This document shows positions 14,035-25,765 of a DNA stretch of 64,000 nt, in pieces (within the stretch, counting starts at the first letter, position 1; each line of letters opens with the position of its first letter). Source of the DNA: Octopus sinensis (Eukaryota); the NCBI RefSeq assembly GCF_006345805.1, contig NC_042999.1, positions 41,974,001 to 42,038,000 on the forward strand. The letters run 5' to 3'. A program made the translations under genes and the position numbers. The notes beneath the pieces were generated by a model, which worked only from the letters and a program-made list of their open reading frames with translations, was not told the origin of the DNA and made no database searches.

Positions 14035-14636
14035 TTCAGGTCGGAAACATGACGGCCGAAACAGGTGTTATGCTTCAAACAGCTTACAAGGACGATGCCA
14101 TGAGCAGAATACAAGTTCACGAGTGGCTTTTCACGATTTAGGAATGGACTCTTATCGCTTGAAGACCAACCTCGTTCAGATCGACCGTCGACACTCCGAA
14201 TAAAGGAAAACATCACGAAAATTCATGAACTGATATTGGAGGATCGTTACCGAAAAATTGACGAACTATTCGTGTCCTGGAACGAGGAATTCCGAATGAG
14301 AAGAGTTGCAGCAACTGAATGTGTGTCGTGAACTTAAAGAACAGTTGGAATTTGATCTTACTCTCTGCGACGTTTTTTTCTTTTTTAACTCGAATGAAAA
14401 ATGTCGTTAAATGTAAGCGATTTGCAGATGTGGAAGACAAGAAAAAATTCGACAAAGTTGTTAAAAGGTATCACTACGCAAGGTTTCCAGGACTACTTCG
14501 AACAGTAGAAAACGCATCTAGACCGATGCATCGCTTCAAATTCATAATACTTTCAAGGCGATAAAAGTGTAAAATGTAAAACTAAGTGAATGAAATACTA
14601 TTGCAAAATTCCGGTTTCTCTTTGGTACTCCTTGTA
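14035..14636 (+). mobile_element. Mariner (Tc1/mariner) transposase remnant, internally deleted
   Basis: With frameshifts reads MLQTAYKDDAMSRIQVHEW.SRFRNG...SLEDQPRSDRPST (mariner N-terminal HTH) and CDVFF..RMKNVVKCKRFADVED...YFQGD (C terminus); TIR-like end aaattccggtttctctttggtactccttg then TA. Confidence 0.8.
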
Positions 14637-14719
14637 AGTACATACGTACATGTATATATATATATATATAATGAAATGGATAAATGAATTATCTTGTTAC
14701 GGATTATCTTGTTACTTCA

Positions 14720-14801
<82 letters not shown>

Positions 14802-14930
14802 AATTAATTGCATCGCAATCATTAACATTTATGTATTAACTTTGTTGGGTACTTCACTAGCAGTATATTGGATATATGTTATCCCATGGAGGGTTGCTTT
14901 TACAACCCCTATCTCAATTTGTATATATAT

Positions 14931-15262
14931 AACAATTGCAGCGCGCAAGGTGTTTATAAGCCATTTAAGAAACACACAAAACCGTTAGATTCAATTCAAC
15001 ATTTAAATTTAATTTGTCAAAATATTTTCGTTCACTGACAAAGCTTCGTGCTGCATCTCTTTGCCCGAAGCTTTGTCAGTGAACAGGTCGCGGTCTCAAA
15101 GCGACGAAAATATTTTTATAAATTATAATAAATGTTGAATTGAATCTAACGGTTTTTTGTGTTTCTTAAATGGGTTATAAACACCTACCGCGCTGCAATT
15201 GTTTCCGTTTCATTCAGCACACGACCTCAGATCAAGTCACTCGCTATGCAAGTACTTATCCG
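14931..15262. mobile_element. (TA)n-flanked fold-back element (Penelope-like pLTR derivative) with hammerhead motif
   Basis: 14931-15048 and 15066-15203 are inverted repeats (left arm carries a ~20-nt deletion), including a 19-bp inner stem gttcactgacaaagcttcg/cgaagctttgtcagtgaac. Confidence 0.75.
15074..15120 (+). ncRNA. Minimal type I hammerhead ribozyme motif, G3:C8 core variant
   Basis: UGUCA-GUGAACA-G-GUCGC(GGUCUCAAA)GCGAC-GAA-AAUAUU-U-UUAUA; stem II 5 bp; palindromic stem III. The opposite arm (minus, 15015-15040) keeps the perfect stem I partner UGACA. Confidence 0.65.
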
Positions 15263-15314
<52 letters not shown>

Positions 15315-15318
<4 letters not shown>

Positions 15319-16172
15319 AAAATAAGACAAGTTAGAAAATGATAAAATAATTTTATCATGAAGAACATTTTGGTACCGGTTTCAGTCTTGTGACTTTTTC
15401 AATCAATTAAATTGTGGAAAACTTAAATGAAATGTTTTTTTTTTAAATATGTCCATACTTTTCAAATACAAGGGACATTTTCCTGTTTTTCTGTCTGTCT
15501 CTCTTTCTCTCCCTTTCTCTTTTTTTTTTTTTACTCTTGTGACGGCTTGGTAATAGGTAGTATATAGTAACAGTCCTAAAAGAATATTTGATATGAGTTC
15601 TTGGTTTTGATTGTTTAAGCAGCAGTAGCCGCAAATATTAAAAACGATATTCAGAAGAGTAACTACCCATGAATTTATTCAGAACAATTCCAGTCATTAC
15701 TATTAAAACTACAACATGTCACTTTTAAGTCACTTGACCATTTAAGAGGATTCCACCAACATCCTACAACTGTCATGCTACTCCCATATTTTTCTTATTC
15801 TTTTTCTTCTTTTCCTATTCCTCTTCCTTCTTCTTCGCCGCCACCTACCTCGGCTACTGCTGTTTAAACAATCAGAATCAAGAACTCGTATCAAATATTC
15901 TTTTAGGACTGCTACTCTCTACAACCCACCACCAAGCCTTCCCAAGAATACAAGAGAGGGAGAGAGAGAGAGAGACGGAAAAAAGGAAAAGGCCTGTTGT
16001 ATTTGAAAACTATGAATATATTTTTGAAAAACATTTCATTTAATTTTTCCACAGTTTAATTGTGTTTCATTCTTTACTATGAGTTGAAAAAGTTGCAAAA
16101 ACTGAGACCGGTACGAAAATGTCCTTCATGATAAAATTATTTTCGCATTTTCCACATTGTCATATTTTTCTT
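15315..16172. mobile_element. Older (TA)n-anchored fold-back element with ~320-bp diverged arms and ~220-bp spacer
   Basis: 15315-15631 aligns to the reverse complement of 15851-16172 (e.g. aaataattttatcatgaag, agtcctaaaagaatatttgata, gcagtagccg). Confidence 0.8.
15370..15402 (-). ncRNA. Degenerate hammerhead motif, U3:A8 core variant
   Basis: UUGAAAA-AGUC(ACAA)GACU-GAA-ACCGGU-A; stem II and palindromic stem III intact, stem I poor; mirror copy on plus at 16084-16115 (AGUU/AACU stem II, GAG for GAA). Confidence 0.45.
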
Positions 16173-16204
16173 ATACATATCAACTCGTGTGTTCCTTTTT
16201 AACC

Positions 16205-16268
16205 TTCCCAACATCGGTGGTCGGGCGATGGTGGTGGGACAAACACAGCCTCCCAAGCATATTCATAT

Positions 16269-16306
<38 letters not shown>

Positions 16307-16505
16307 CACATATATATACATATGTCTATATATATATGTACGACGAGCTTCTTTCAGTTTCCGTATACCAAATCCACTCACAAGGCTTTGATCGGCCCGA
16401 GGCTATAGCAGATGACACTTACCCAAGGTGCCACGGAATGGGATTGAACCCGGAACCATGTGGTTTGTAAGTAAGCTACTTAACACAAAGCCACACCTGC
16501 GCCTA
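16205..16505 (-). mobile_element. SINE family B, 5' half
   Basis: Head, CORE-like block and internal (CA)n match family B. Confidence 0.88.
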
Positions 16506-16934
16506 TATATAGATAATTAATCCCCACCAAAAAAAGGTAAAAATCGAAGAAAAAATCGTAAAAACCTTCACTAGCGTAAGCGAATATAAATATGATTTGA
16601 ATGCATGGCTTCATAAAAAAATTCATCGAACTAACAAAATAGTGGAAGCAATTATTACAAATATATTCTCCAATGCTAAGTGTTCTTGTTAACCTTGTAA
16701 TGGCACCTGTTCCTTTGTTTCGTTTGTAAATGACTCCAAAATATCAAAGTCTTCTGTTTTCTTCAATAGCGTATGCTAAATGTTTACTAGTTATTTCGCA
16801 AACATTTTTCCTATTTCACTCCGAACATCTGTCATTAGATCACATAAAATTTTGTTCAACACGTAACGATGCATGTATGAATATGTAAAGAGAATTAGAA
16901 CATTACATTGTTTAACGTTTTATTTTTAAGCATT

Positions 16935-16965
<31 letters not shown>

Positions 16966-16976
16966 AGATATATATA

Positions 16977-17015
<39 letters not shown>

Positions 17016-17199
17016 TATCAAAAGGTAATGCAGAATGATCGTTTCTTGCAACTCCATTTAATTGAACAATTCAATTATTACATCAATTTAAAATGTAGAG
17101 CAACCTTCACCTGCACAAAGACATAGAAGTTAATCAAATTAGAACAGATGGACACATTAGTGTAATTATACCTAAAATCTCCAAGAATTTAAGGAGATT

Positions 17200-17850
17200 T
17201 GTATGTATTGGTCCAGGAAAATAGATGGTAAAATGTTTTTATTTTTCCATTTCGTTCCTGTTGAATTTTATCCCTAATTTTGTGGTTATAGAACCTAGCT
17301 GTTCTTTCTAACGTGTTGAATCCCACGAGTTGAGTCCTTATGTGTTTAAATGTACACTGTATTTTATGACTAATACATAGTCTTTGGACTAAATTTTTAC
17401 ACGTTAGGCCACTGGAAGTGAAAATTATAATTAATTTCCATTTCCCTTTGGTATGATTAAGTATTGTAAGTATTTTGGAGAATTTTCTGTTTTTAAAATT
17501 TTGGAATTTTTGTATTGCCTGCGAAGGGCTGCGTCTGCGCAGTAGATTTTGAATACATTAGGATGTATAAACAAGAGGCACATAGTTTGATCGCTTCGTG
17601 TTTATACATTTAACCCAAGGTGTACCTGTTGAGGACGATTTCACCTAGCGGGTAAATGTTATTTACTTGTTAAACTAAAATCAGAAACCAATTGGTAAAG
17701 AAAAATACAGAGTAAAATGTTTTTATTTTTTCATTTTGTAGCTTGTCGAATTTTATCTCTGATTTTGTGGTTATAGAACCTAGCTGTTCTTTCTAGCGTA
17801 TTGAATCCCACGAGCAGATTCCCTATGTGATTAAACGTACACTGTATTAA
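17200..17850 (+). repeat. Diverged ~135-bp direct repeat pair (17228-17365 and 17713-17848)
   Basis: Shared gtaaaatgtttttatttt...attttgtggttatagaacctagctgttctttcta...gaatcccacgag...gtacactgtatt. Confidence 0.85.
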
Positions 17851-17859
17851 CATATATGG

Positions 17860-17889
<30 letters not shown>

Positions 17890-17891
<2 letters not shown>

Positions 17892-18104
17892 GTTTACTTC
17901 GTAAAAACCAGTCGCGTTTTTTCCCCTCCGTTCGCCCACATCGGGATCTTTCTTTCTTCTTTCTTCCTTCTTTTATGTTTCCGACGAAGAGCTCCGCTCG
18001 AAACGTCATACCCTCCTTCTTCCCTTTTTCTTGAGCGCCTAATAATAATAATACTTTAATTGTACCACGTGTTGTTGTTTTTTTCTGTTTTCCCGTTTGG
18101 ATTA

Positions 18105-18108
<4 letters not shown>
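17890..18108 (+). mobile_element. Short Penelope-like remnant ending at (TA)n, hammerhead motif at 17977-18011
   Basis: GUUU-CCGACGA-A-GAGC(UCC)GCUC-GAA-ACGU-C-AUAC (U4C, stem I with one mismatch); same family as 21998-22277. Confidence 0.65.
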
Positions 18109-18158
<50 letters not shown>

Positions 18159-18177
18159 CATACATACGCATATATAC

Positions 18178-18570
18178 TTTTGTTCTTTTATTCTTTTATT
18201 GTCTCAGTCATTTCACTCCGTCCATGCTGGAGCCCCACCTTTTAGACGAAATCGACCCCCCATGATTTATTCTTTATAAGCCCGGTACTTATTCTATCGG
18301 GCCTCGTTTATCGAACCGCTAAGGGAACGTAAACATACCAACATCGGTTGTCAAGCGATAGGTGGACGGGAAAAACACAGACACAAAGGTACACAAATAC
18401 ACTTACATACACACACACAATGCACACACACACACACACACACTTCTTTTCATTTTCCGTCTACCAAATACACTTGCAAAGCTTTGGTCGGCACGAGGTT
18501 ATAGTAGAAGGCATTTTCCCAAGGTTCCACGCAAAGTGATTGGGAAGCAAGCTTCTTACCACACAGCCAT
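18178..18570 (-). mobile_element. SINE family B, diverged copy
   Basis: Alignable over its length to family B. Confidence 0.85.
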
Positions 18571-18572
18571 TT

Positions 18573-18605
<33 letters not shown>

Positions 18606-18692
18606 CTCCCTCATACGTAGCCCCAGTTGAAAGTGACTGGCTTGATTATTCGTTGCAAGACTATTTGGACAAATCAAACCAATATACTCTCT

Positions 18693-19105
18693 CTTTACTC
18701 TTTTACTCTTTTACTTGTTTCAGTCATTTGACTGCGGCCATGCTGGAGCACCGCCTTTAGTCGAGCAAATCGACCCCGGGACTTATTCTTTGTAAGCCCA
18801 GTACTTATTCTATCGGTCTCTTTTGCCGAACCGCTAAGTCACGGGGACGTAAACACACTAGCATCGGTTGTCAAGCAATGCCAGGGGGACAAACACAGAC
18901 ACACAGCCATATACATGCACACATATGTATGTACATATATACGACAGGCTTCTTTCAGTTTCCGTCTACCAAATCCACTCACAAGGCATTGGTCGGCCCG
19001 GGGCTATAGCAGAAGACACTTGCCCAAGATGCCACGCAGTGGGACTGAACCCGGAACCATGTGGTTGGTTAGCAAGCTACTTACCACACAGCCACTCCTG
19101 CGCCT
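18693..19105 (-). mobile_element. SINE family B, full length
   Basis: Near-consensus copy. Confidence 0.93.
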
Positions 19106-19481
19106 AGAATATATGTCAGCAATTTAAAACAGTATTTCTTAAAGGAGGAATTTACTACCATCAACAAGGAAACCAGGATTTTGGTCAGCGGTATATTTCA
19201 GTCCAACAGCAATCAGTGAGCTCAGATAAGATAAATACACAGATTTAGTCAGAATTGTATCTGAATGCAACAGCATTGAAAAGAGATGTAGAGATAATCA
19301 CAGATAATACAGTATTCCTGTCACAAAGATTCCTTTTCAGCATATTTTTTTCTCTTCTATTTGTCGATCTAACTTCTTACACTACCTTAAATCTCTTTTA
19401 TTTATCTCTCAACACTCTTTCCTTTGTTTCAACTGCTAATTTCGTCTCCATTTCATGATATATGCACTCACACACACACGC

Positions 19482-19567
<86 letters not shown>

Positions 19568-19588
19568 GTGTACATATATAAATAAACT

Positions 19589-19621
<33 letters not shown>

Positions 19622-19658
19622 ATCCACGTGCGGTCAACACAACCCTACCATTTATTGA

Positions 19659-19695
<37 letters not shown>

Positions 19696-19994
19696 ACATA
19701 TATAAATATACAAATATATATTTACATATATACGCATATATATTTATAAATATATATACAGATATTTATATATTATGAAGTGGGATCTTATTCCAAACAA
19801 ATGCCTTTCTCCTTTTATATCTTATTTATTTCTTTTTCGTTTATATCAAGGAGCTCAATAAAACATTAGGAAGTGTACGTGACCGAACGAATTGCCATAA
19901 AAGTCAGCGAAATTTCCTGAAAGTCACACTGTTAAAAAAAATGTGACACATAGTAACATAGTTCTAGGTACACAAAACTTAAGTATAAAAACAA

Positions 19995-20178
19995 AGGGCT
20001 ACCTCATTGAAAGTACCTATTCTCGTCCCATCACCGACGTTAAGCAACGTTGAACCTAGCTACTACTTAGATGGTTGGTCAGTTGAATAACTTAGGTACA
20101 CTGAACATTCCACTTTTTCAAGGTTTTGCTCCAGCATGGCTACAATCCATGCAACTGAAACAAGTAAAAAATAAAAGA
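19995..20178 (+). mobile_element. 5S-rRNA-headed SINE (SINE3) candidate with RTE-like 3' tail
   Basis: 20000-20097 resembles metazoan 5S rRNA (ttgaaa..ttctcgtcccatcaccgacgttaagcaacgttgaacc...tacttagatgg; type-1 promoter A box, IE and C box recognisable), joined to gctccagcatggctacaatccatgcaactgaaacaagtaaaa, the same tail as SINE family B. Confidence 0.7.
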
Positions 20179-20451
20179 GTAATTAATACCTGCAATGGTT
20201 TTGCTCGTAGATCTATTCTATCAGAACGAATATGGAGCAAAAAGAGCCGCATGAGTTTAAAATGACAAGATGGTCATTGATGGAACGCTTTTGATCATGT
20301 TGATCAGGAGAAATATGGGAATGGCAGCAACAATGAAACAATATTAGAATTTCGGCTTTTGACTTTTCCTGATAGAAATAACTAATCGAACTTCCCTGAA
20401 ATCACACTATATCATCACAAACAGGGAATGTCGCATTCGATAGGGAAATAT

Positions 20452-20665
20452 TGGTTTCAAAGTTTATCACACGGTCAGCAATTACGGGAGAGAGAATAAG
20501 TGGATTACATCGACCCTAGACTTCTGATAGTAGTTATTTTTCGACCCCGAAAGTATTAAAGGCATAGTCGATCTCGGCAGAATTTCAACTGAAACCGTGA
20601 AAGTGGCCAAGATGACACTAAGCATTATGCACGGCCTGTCACCGATTCTGCTACCTCGCTGCTTT
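20452..20665 (-). mobile_element. SINE family A, degenerate
   Basis: gattacatcgaccc...tcgaccccgaaag...gtcgatctcggcagaatttcaact. Confidence 0.75.
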
Positions 20666-20820
20666 TAGATAAAGGAATATTAGATAAGCTAGATTCCCCA
20701 AAACATCTCAATATAAAACGGCTATCGTAACGGCGACGTACTGTAGCCTCGATCGTCCAAGATCTTATAACAGGAAGATGATAAACAAAAACTCAGGGAA
20801 GATTTAGCGAGTCGGTATAT

Positions 20821-21047
20821 TTCTTTACTACCCACAAGGGGCTAAACACAGAGGGGACAAACAAGGACACAGACAAAGGGATTAAATCGACTACATCGAC
20901 CCCAGTGCGGAACTGGTACTTAATTTATCGACCCCGAAAGGATGAAAGGCAAAGTCGACCTCGGCGGAATTTGAACTCGGAACGTAACGACAGACGAAAT
21001 ACGGCTACGAATTTCGCCCGGCGTGCTAACGTTTCTACCAGCTCGTT
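20821..21047 (-). mobile_element. SINE family A with 11-bp TSD
   Basis: TSD agtcggtatat at 20810-20820 and 21048-21058. Confidence 0.95.
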
Positions 21048-21997
21048 AGTCGGTATATGTGTATTTATGCATACATACGTGTGTGTGTATTAATATGTGT
21101 GTAGTTATTAGTGTCTGCGTGTGCATGTGAGTCAGTGCATGTGTCTAAGTGTGTGTATGTTGCGACACAGGAAGTTTTTTTCAGAGCTCCTATTTATCAC
21201 CAGCCATTCATGGGTTATTGGACAATCCAGGCTACAATACAACACACTATATATCTATGGATTGTTCATGGAAATAAATGTTTGCCGTTGAAGACATTTG
21301 CGTATCGTAAAAGTACAGCTTTCTTCTATATGAAATATCGCACACGCATTCTCGCCTTTCTTCATTTCAAACTTGTCGCGTCGCGGTCCTTTGTGAAATC
21401 GAATCTAGAACTACACATAAAAAATCGATAAGCTCGATATATATGCGTGTATGTGTGTGTGTGTGTGTGTGATTGTGTGCGTATGCATGTATCTCTTATG
21501 ATAATATATACATATATGTGCATATATATATATTATATATATATATTATATATATATATATATACACGCACACACACACACACACACATATTCAGGTTAT
21601 CGAACTCGATATGAGAAATTTCCTATTACCATTGACGTCGATAAAATATTATTGTTCCTGAACGCTTCTTTGTTGTTGTTATATATCTACCACGGGCTGC
21701 TCCAAGCTTGCAAACTTCTTACGTGAGAGGATGATTGTACATGCAGAATTTAAAACAGAGCAAATTCACATGATTTGCTATATCCGGTGGCCGTATAAGA
21801 CGGTTCTCATCTTTCGACGATATACGTAGGGGTATTTTCATGCACCACAAATCCATACTAATAGGTCCTCTCAGAGTAAATAACGCCGTATTTAGTGTTC
21901 TAACATCACATCCATGTTCAGTTGGAGATAAATGTTATCTTTTCATGTGTAAATATATATATTTATATATACTGACAAAGCGGTATATGAGTATATA

Positions 21998-22277
21998 TAG
22001 ATATATATATAATATATATATATATTATATATATATATATATATTATATATATATAGATATATATAAAGTTAATCCAAACATGAAAACACAAAGAGAAAA
22101 CACAACAACGCGAGGACGTGGAACAAGTATAGTATTATTGGACGCTCAGGTTAGAATGAAAGAAGTAGGGTTTAATGTTTCGAGTGGAGCTCTTCGTCAG
22201 AAACATAGGAAAAGGAAAGATCCAAAGAAGGGAAGAAGGAGGGAAAAAATCGCCAACGGTACACACGCGGTCACATT
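21998..22277 (-). mobile_element. Short Penelope-like insertion with (TA)n 3' end, ~21-bp flanking direct repeat and canonical-core hammerhead at 22170-22204
   Basis: Direct repeat aaagcggta(t/c)atgagtatata at 21977-21997 and 22278-22298; minus strand GUUU-CUGACGA-A-GAGC(UCC)ACUC-GAA-ACAU-U-AAAC. Confidence 0.72.
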
Positions 22278-22387
22278 AAAGCGGTACATGAGTATATAAA
22301 TATATAAACACACATATATATATATACATATACATGTATGAGTGTGTATGTATATATATATACATACATATATATATGATCATACGT

Positions 22388-22645
22388 AGTCACGTGACTG
22401 ACCAGGGTACCAGATGTTGCTACAGATCACTGATCACAATGCACTTTTGCAATGTTTTAGCCTTCAAGTTACGCCAACCCAGGCGAGCAAACGAACCCAC
22501 CCCCACCCCACCCTGATTGGAGGAAAAGTGGAGCAATGTGAAATGAAGTTTTTGGTCCAAGAACACAATGCACCACTCTGTCAGCGAATGGAACCTGCGA
22601 TCTAGCGATTGTGAGTGTTTCAGTCAGACTACTAGGCCACACAAC
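22388..22645 (-). mobile_element. tRNA/CORE-like SINE of another family, diverged
   Basis: Minus strand: head with gcaggttccattc, then gtgttcttggaccaaaaacttcatttcacattgctcc (CORE-like). Confidence 0.6.
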
Positions 22646-22673
22646 TTCAGATACATATGCGTATATACGTATG

Positions 22674-22745
<72 letters not shown>

Positions 22746-22812
22746 GTATGTATATATTTGTATATATACACACATATATATATATATATATATACATATA
22801 AATATATATATA

Positions 22813-23043
22813 TTTCTTTACTACCCACAAGGGGCTAAACACAGAGGGGACAAACAAGGACAGACAAAGGGATTAGGTCGACTACATCGACCCCAGTGCG
22901 TAACTGGTACTTAATTTATCGACCCCGAAAGGATGAAAGGCAAAGTCGACCTCGGCGGAATTTGAACTCGGAACGTAACGACAGACGAAATACGGCTACG
23001 AATTTCGCCCGGCGTGCTAACGTTTCTGCCAGCTCGCCGCCTT
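22813..23043 (-). mobile_element. SINE family A, full length
   Basis: Near-consensus copy inserted in (TA)n. Confidence 0.95.
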
Positions 23044-23174
23044 ATAAATATATATATATACACATATATACATATGCATGTGTATTTCTCTGTGTGTGTA
23101 TATACAAATAGAAAAATGGAGAGAGGTAGAGTGACATAAAAGTCACGCTAACATTTAATTTGCATATGTATATT

Positions 23175-23365
23175 AAGGCGGCGATCTGGTAGAGTCTTTT
23201 GTATGCCTAGTAAAATGCTTGGCGCCATTTTATCCGTCCGTAATTTATGAGTTCGCATTCCATTGTGGTCCATTTTAGCTCTGATCTTCCAGGGTCTATA
23301 AAATAAGTGCTAGATGAACAACTAGTACAACTTGGGGTCGATGTAATCGGCGTAACCCTCTTCTC
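23175..23365 (+). mobile_element. SINE family A, degenerate
   Basis: aaggcggcgatctggtag...gagttcgcattcc...ggggtcgatgtaatcg. Confidence 0.7.
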
Positions 23366-23914
23366 CGTAATTACTGGCCTTATACCAAAACTTGATACCC
23401 AAACACATATATTTAAGCAAAAGCGACAGTTATGTGCCACTCTGTACATATATGTGTGCATGTGTATATGTGCTTGTGCTCGTACACGTCTGTATGTGTG
23501 TGTGCGTGTGTGTGTGTGGGGGTGCATGTGCGTGTGTGTGTGTGCGTGCGTGCGCGTGTGTGTGTATGTGGTGGTTCGTCTTTGTAGTTTTAAAAACTGT
23601 TGTTCTGTTTCAAACTTTATATATTGATTCCATAGAGATCGATAAATTAAGCCTCAGACTAGACGATGTACTTGGGTCGATATTCTCAACTGAAGCCTCC
23701 GAGGGATGTGCACCAGAATGGCTTCCGTTCAGTACCTGAAATTAGTAAAGTATTGCATAGTTTTCTATGTATGTGTGTATATGATATAAACAGGCGAAAT
23801 ACGTTCCTACATTGATTATACATTGCCAAGTTTTAATTTGATATTTATTTCAAATCATAATTTTGAGGAACTTCTGAGGAACACATTTCTCTATCTTTTA
23901 TCGTTTTTTTTTTT

Positions 23915-24100
23915 TTTTGCTTGTTTCAGTCATTAGACTGTGGCCATGCCGGGCCACCGTATTGAAGAATCATGTTCAGTACTTATTTATCTTTTAAAGT
24001 CTAGTACATATACTATCGATTTAATTTCCCGAACAGCTAAGTTACTTTTCGTAAACACATCAACACTGATTGTCAAGTGGTTGTGGGAGAGATATCCACA
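23915..24100 (-). mobile_element. SINE family B, 3' half, diverged
   Basis: ttgtttcagtcattagactgtggccatgc...gaacagctaagttac...gtaaacacatcaacactgattgtcaag. Confidence 0.8.
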
Positions 24101-24111
24101 GACACCAAGAC

Positions 24112-25125
24112 ATTAGCGAAGCAGTTTATCCAATAGTTCAAGACATTAACGATGACGATTCTGGCAAATCAAAAAGAGCTATCGCTAAAGAACTTCAAAG
24201 AATTACGGTGCATGAAAATATTCGTTATAAGCATCTTGTACTCTGAAGACTCCAATTCATGACTGTTAAGACACTTGAAAACCATTTGATCTGTGCCAAA
24301 TGGCTGCAAAACAAGTTTCAGAACACCTACGAACATAGCATGATATGGTTTTTCTCTGATAGGAAATCTTCGACGAAGATAAACAGTCTAACAGGACAAA
24401 TGACAATTCTTTTCTTCTCTAGGCACAAGGCCCGAAATTTTGGGGGAGGAGGCCAGTCGATCAGGTTGACCCCAGTACGCAGCTGGTACTTAATTTATCG
24501 ACTCCGAAAGGATGAAAGGCAAAGCCGACCTCGGCGGAATTTGATATCAGTACGTAAAGACAGACGAAAAATCACTAAGGATTTCACTCGGCGTGCTTAA
24601 CGTTTCTGCCAGATCGCCGCCAGGACAAATGATAATTGGATATGTGCAGATCTTTCAGTTATCCCAAAAGAGATGTACACAAAATTTCCTGTAACAGTGT
24701 TGATGTGAGAAGTGTTGAGTAATAAAGGTTATGCCATAACACCTCATGTCGCTCCACATTGTCTTTAAAATGAGTGCTACTGGATATGTTGTGTTGTTGG
24801 AAACAATTGTTAATACCTGGATAGATGAAGTACGCAGTGAAAGGACATTCATATTTCAACAAGAATCAACACCTTCTCACAAAGGTGATGTAACCCAAAT
24901 TCTTTCCAATCATGTAACACCAAGCTTACGGCTTTTAAACATTGCTTCCCACTGGCTGGTACATCTAGAGCGTTGTTGAAATGGAAACAAATTGACAATT
25001 TCGCAATACCATGTCTCTCTGACGGCAACCCTATCCAGGTGCTGCCTGAAATAAGTAAGAACCATATCCTGCATTGAAGTAGTCATCACATCTGATGGAG
25101 TCATTATACCAAAATTATTAATACA
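24112..25125 (+). mobile_element. Decayed Tc1/mariner-superfamily (maT/DD37D-like) transposase interrupted by a SINE
   Basis: Peptides SGKSKRAIAKELQ, MIWFFSDRK, KFPVTVLM, FIFQQESTPSHK (DSAPSH-like) and C-terminal helices; many stops and frameshifts. Confidence 0.75.
24409..24620 (-). mobile_element. SINE family A (type-2 tail) with 17-bp TSD inside the transposase remnant
   Basis: TSD caggacaaatga(c/t)aatt at 24392-24408 and 24621-24637. Confidence 0.93.
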
Positions 25126-25683
25126 CGCACTGGTAAAATCTCGTTTTTTTTATATTAGTTAATTGATTAAATTATCCAACTAATTAATCGCAACTAACTA
25201 ATCGGTTATTCGTTTAATTTGGTTAACCAGTAAGTCCTTTGTTCTGTTTTCGTTTCTCAAAGCCCTTTTGTTTCTACCTGTGTCTTCCAAGACACAGCAA
25301 AATTTGTCTCGCCACACGAATTTACATAAAGAATCGTGCAAACCGGATGCAATAACGAAGTGAATTTACTGAATAATTTTATAAGAAGGCTTATCGGAAC
25401 ATGTGCAGAAACGCTTCAAAATATATTTTGCATGTAATAGGCGATGCGAGTTGATAAAATTGACTAAATATGTCCTTAAATAACTTTCGCATCCTTCATA
25501 TAGTCATGCATACACACACATACATATACATATACATATATATATGTGAGTTCGTGTGTGCGTGTGTGTGTGTGGTGTATGTGTGTGCGCGCGTGCATAT
25601 ACACACGGGTGAGTGGGCGAACGAAAGAAAAAGGCAGCCAGCACATTTAGTAGGAGTTACATGTGTTATTATCATTATTATTC

Positions 25684-25758
<75 letters not shown>

Positions 25759-25765
25759 TTATTTA

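Noticed and set aside
16550-16870. Hydrophobic minus-strand frame with few stops
   Set aside because: Not assignable, and stops persist under the invertebrate mitochondrial code, so it is not an evident NUMT.
19989-20107. Functional 5S rRNA gene
   Set aside because: 5' and 3' ends are degenerate, there is no oligo-T terminator after the 5S part, it is not in an array and it is fused to a SINE tail.
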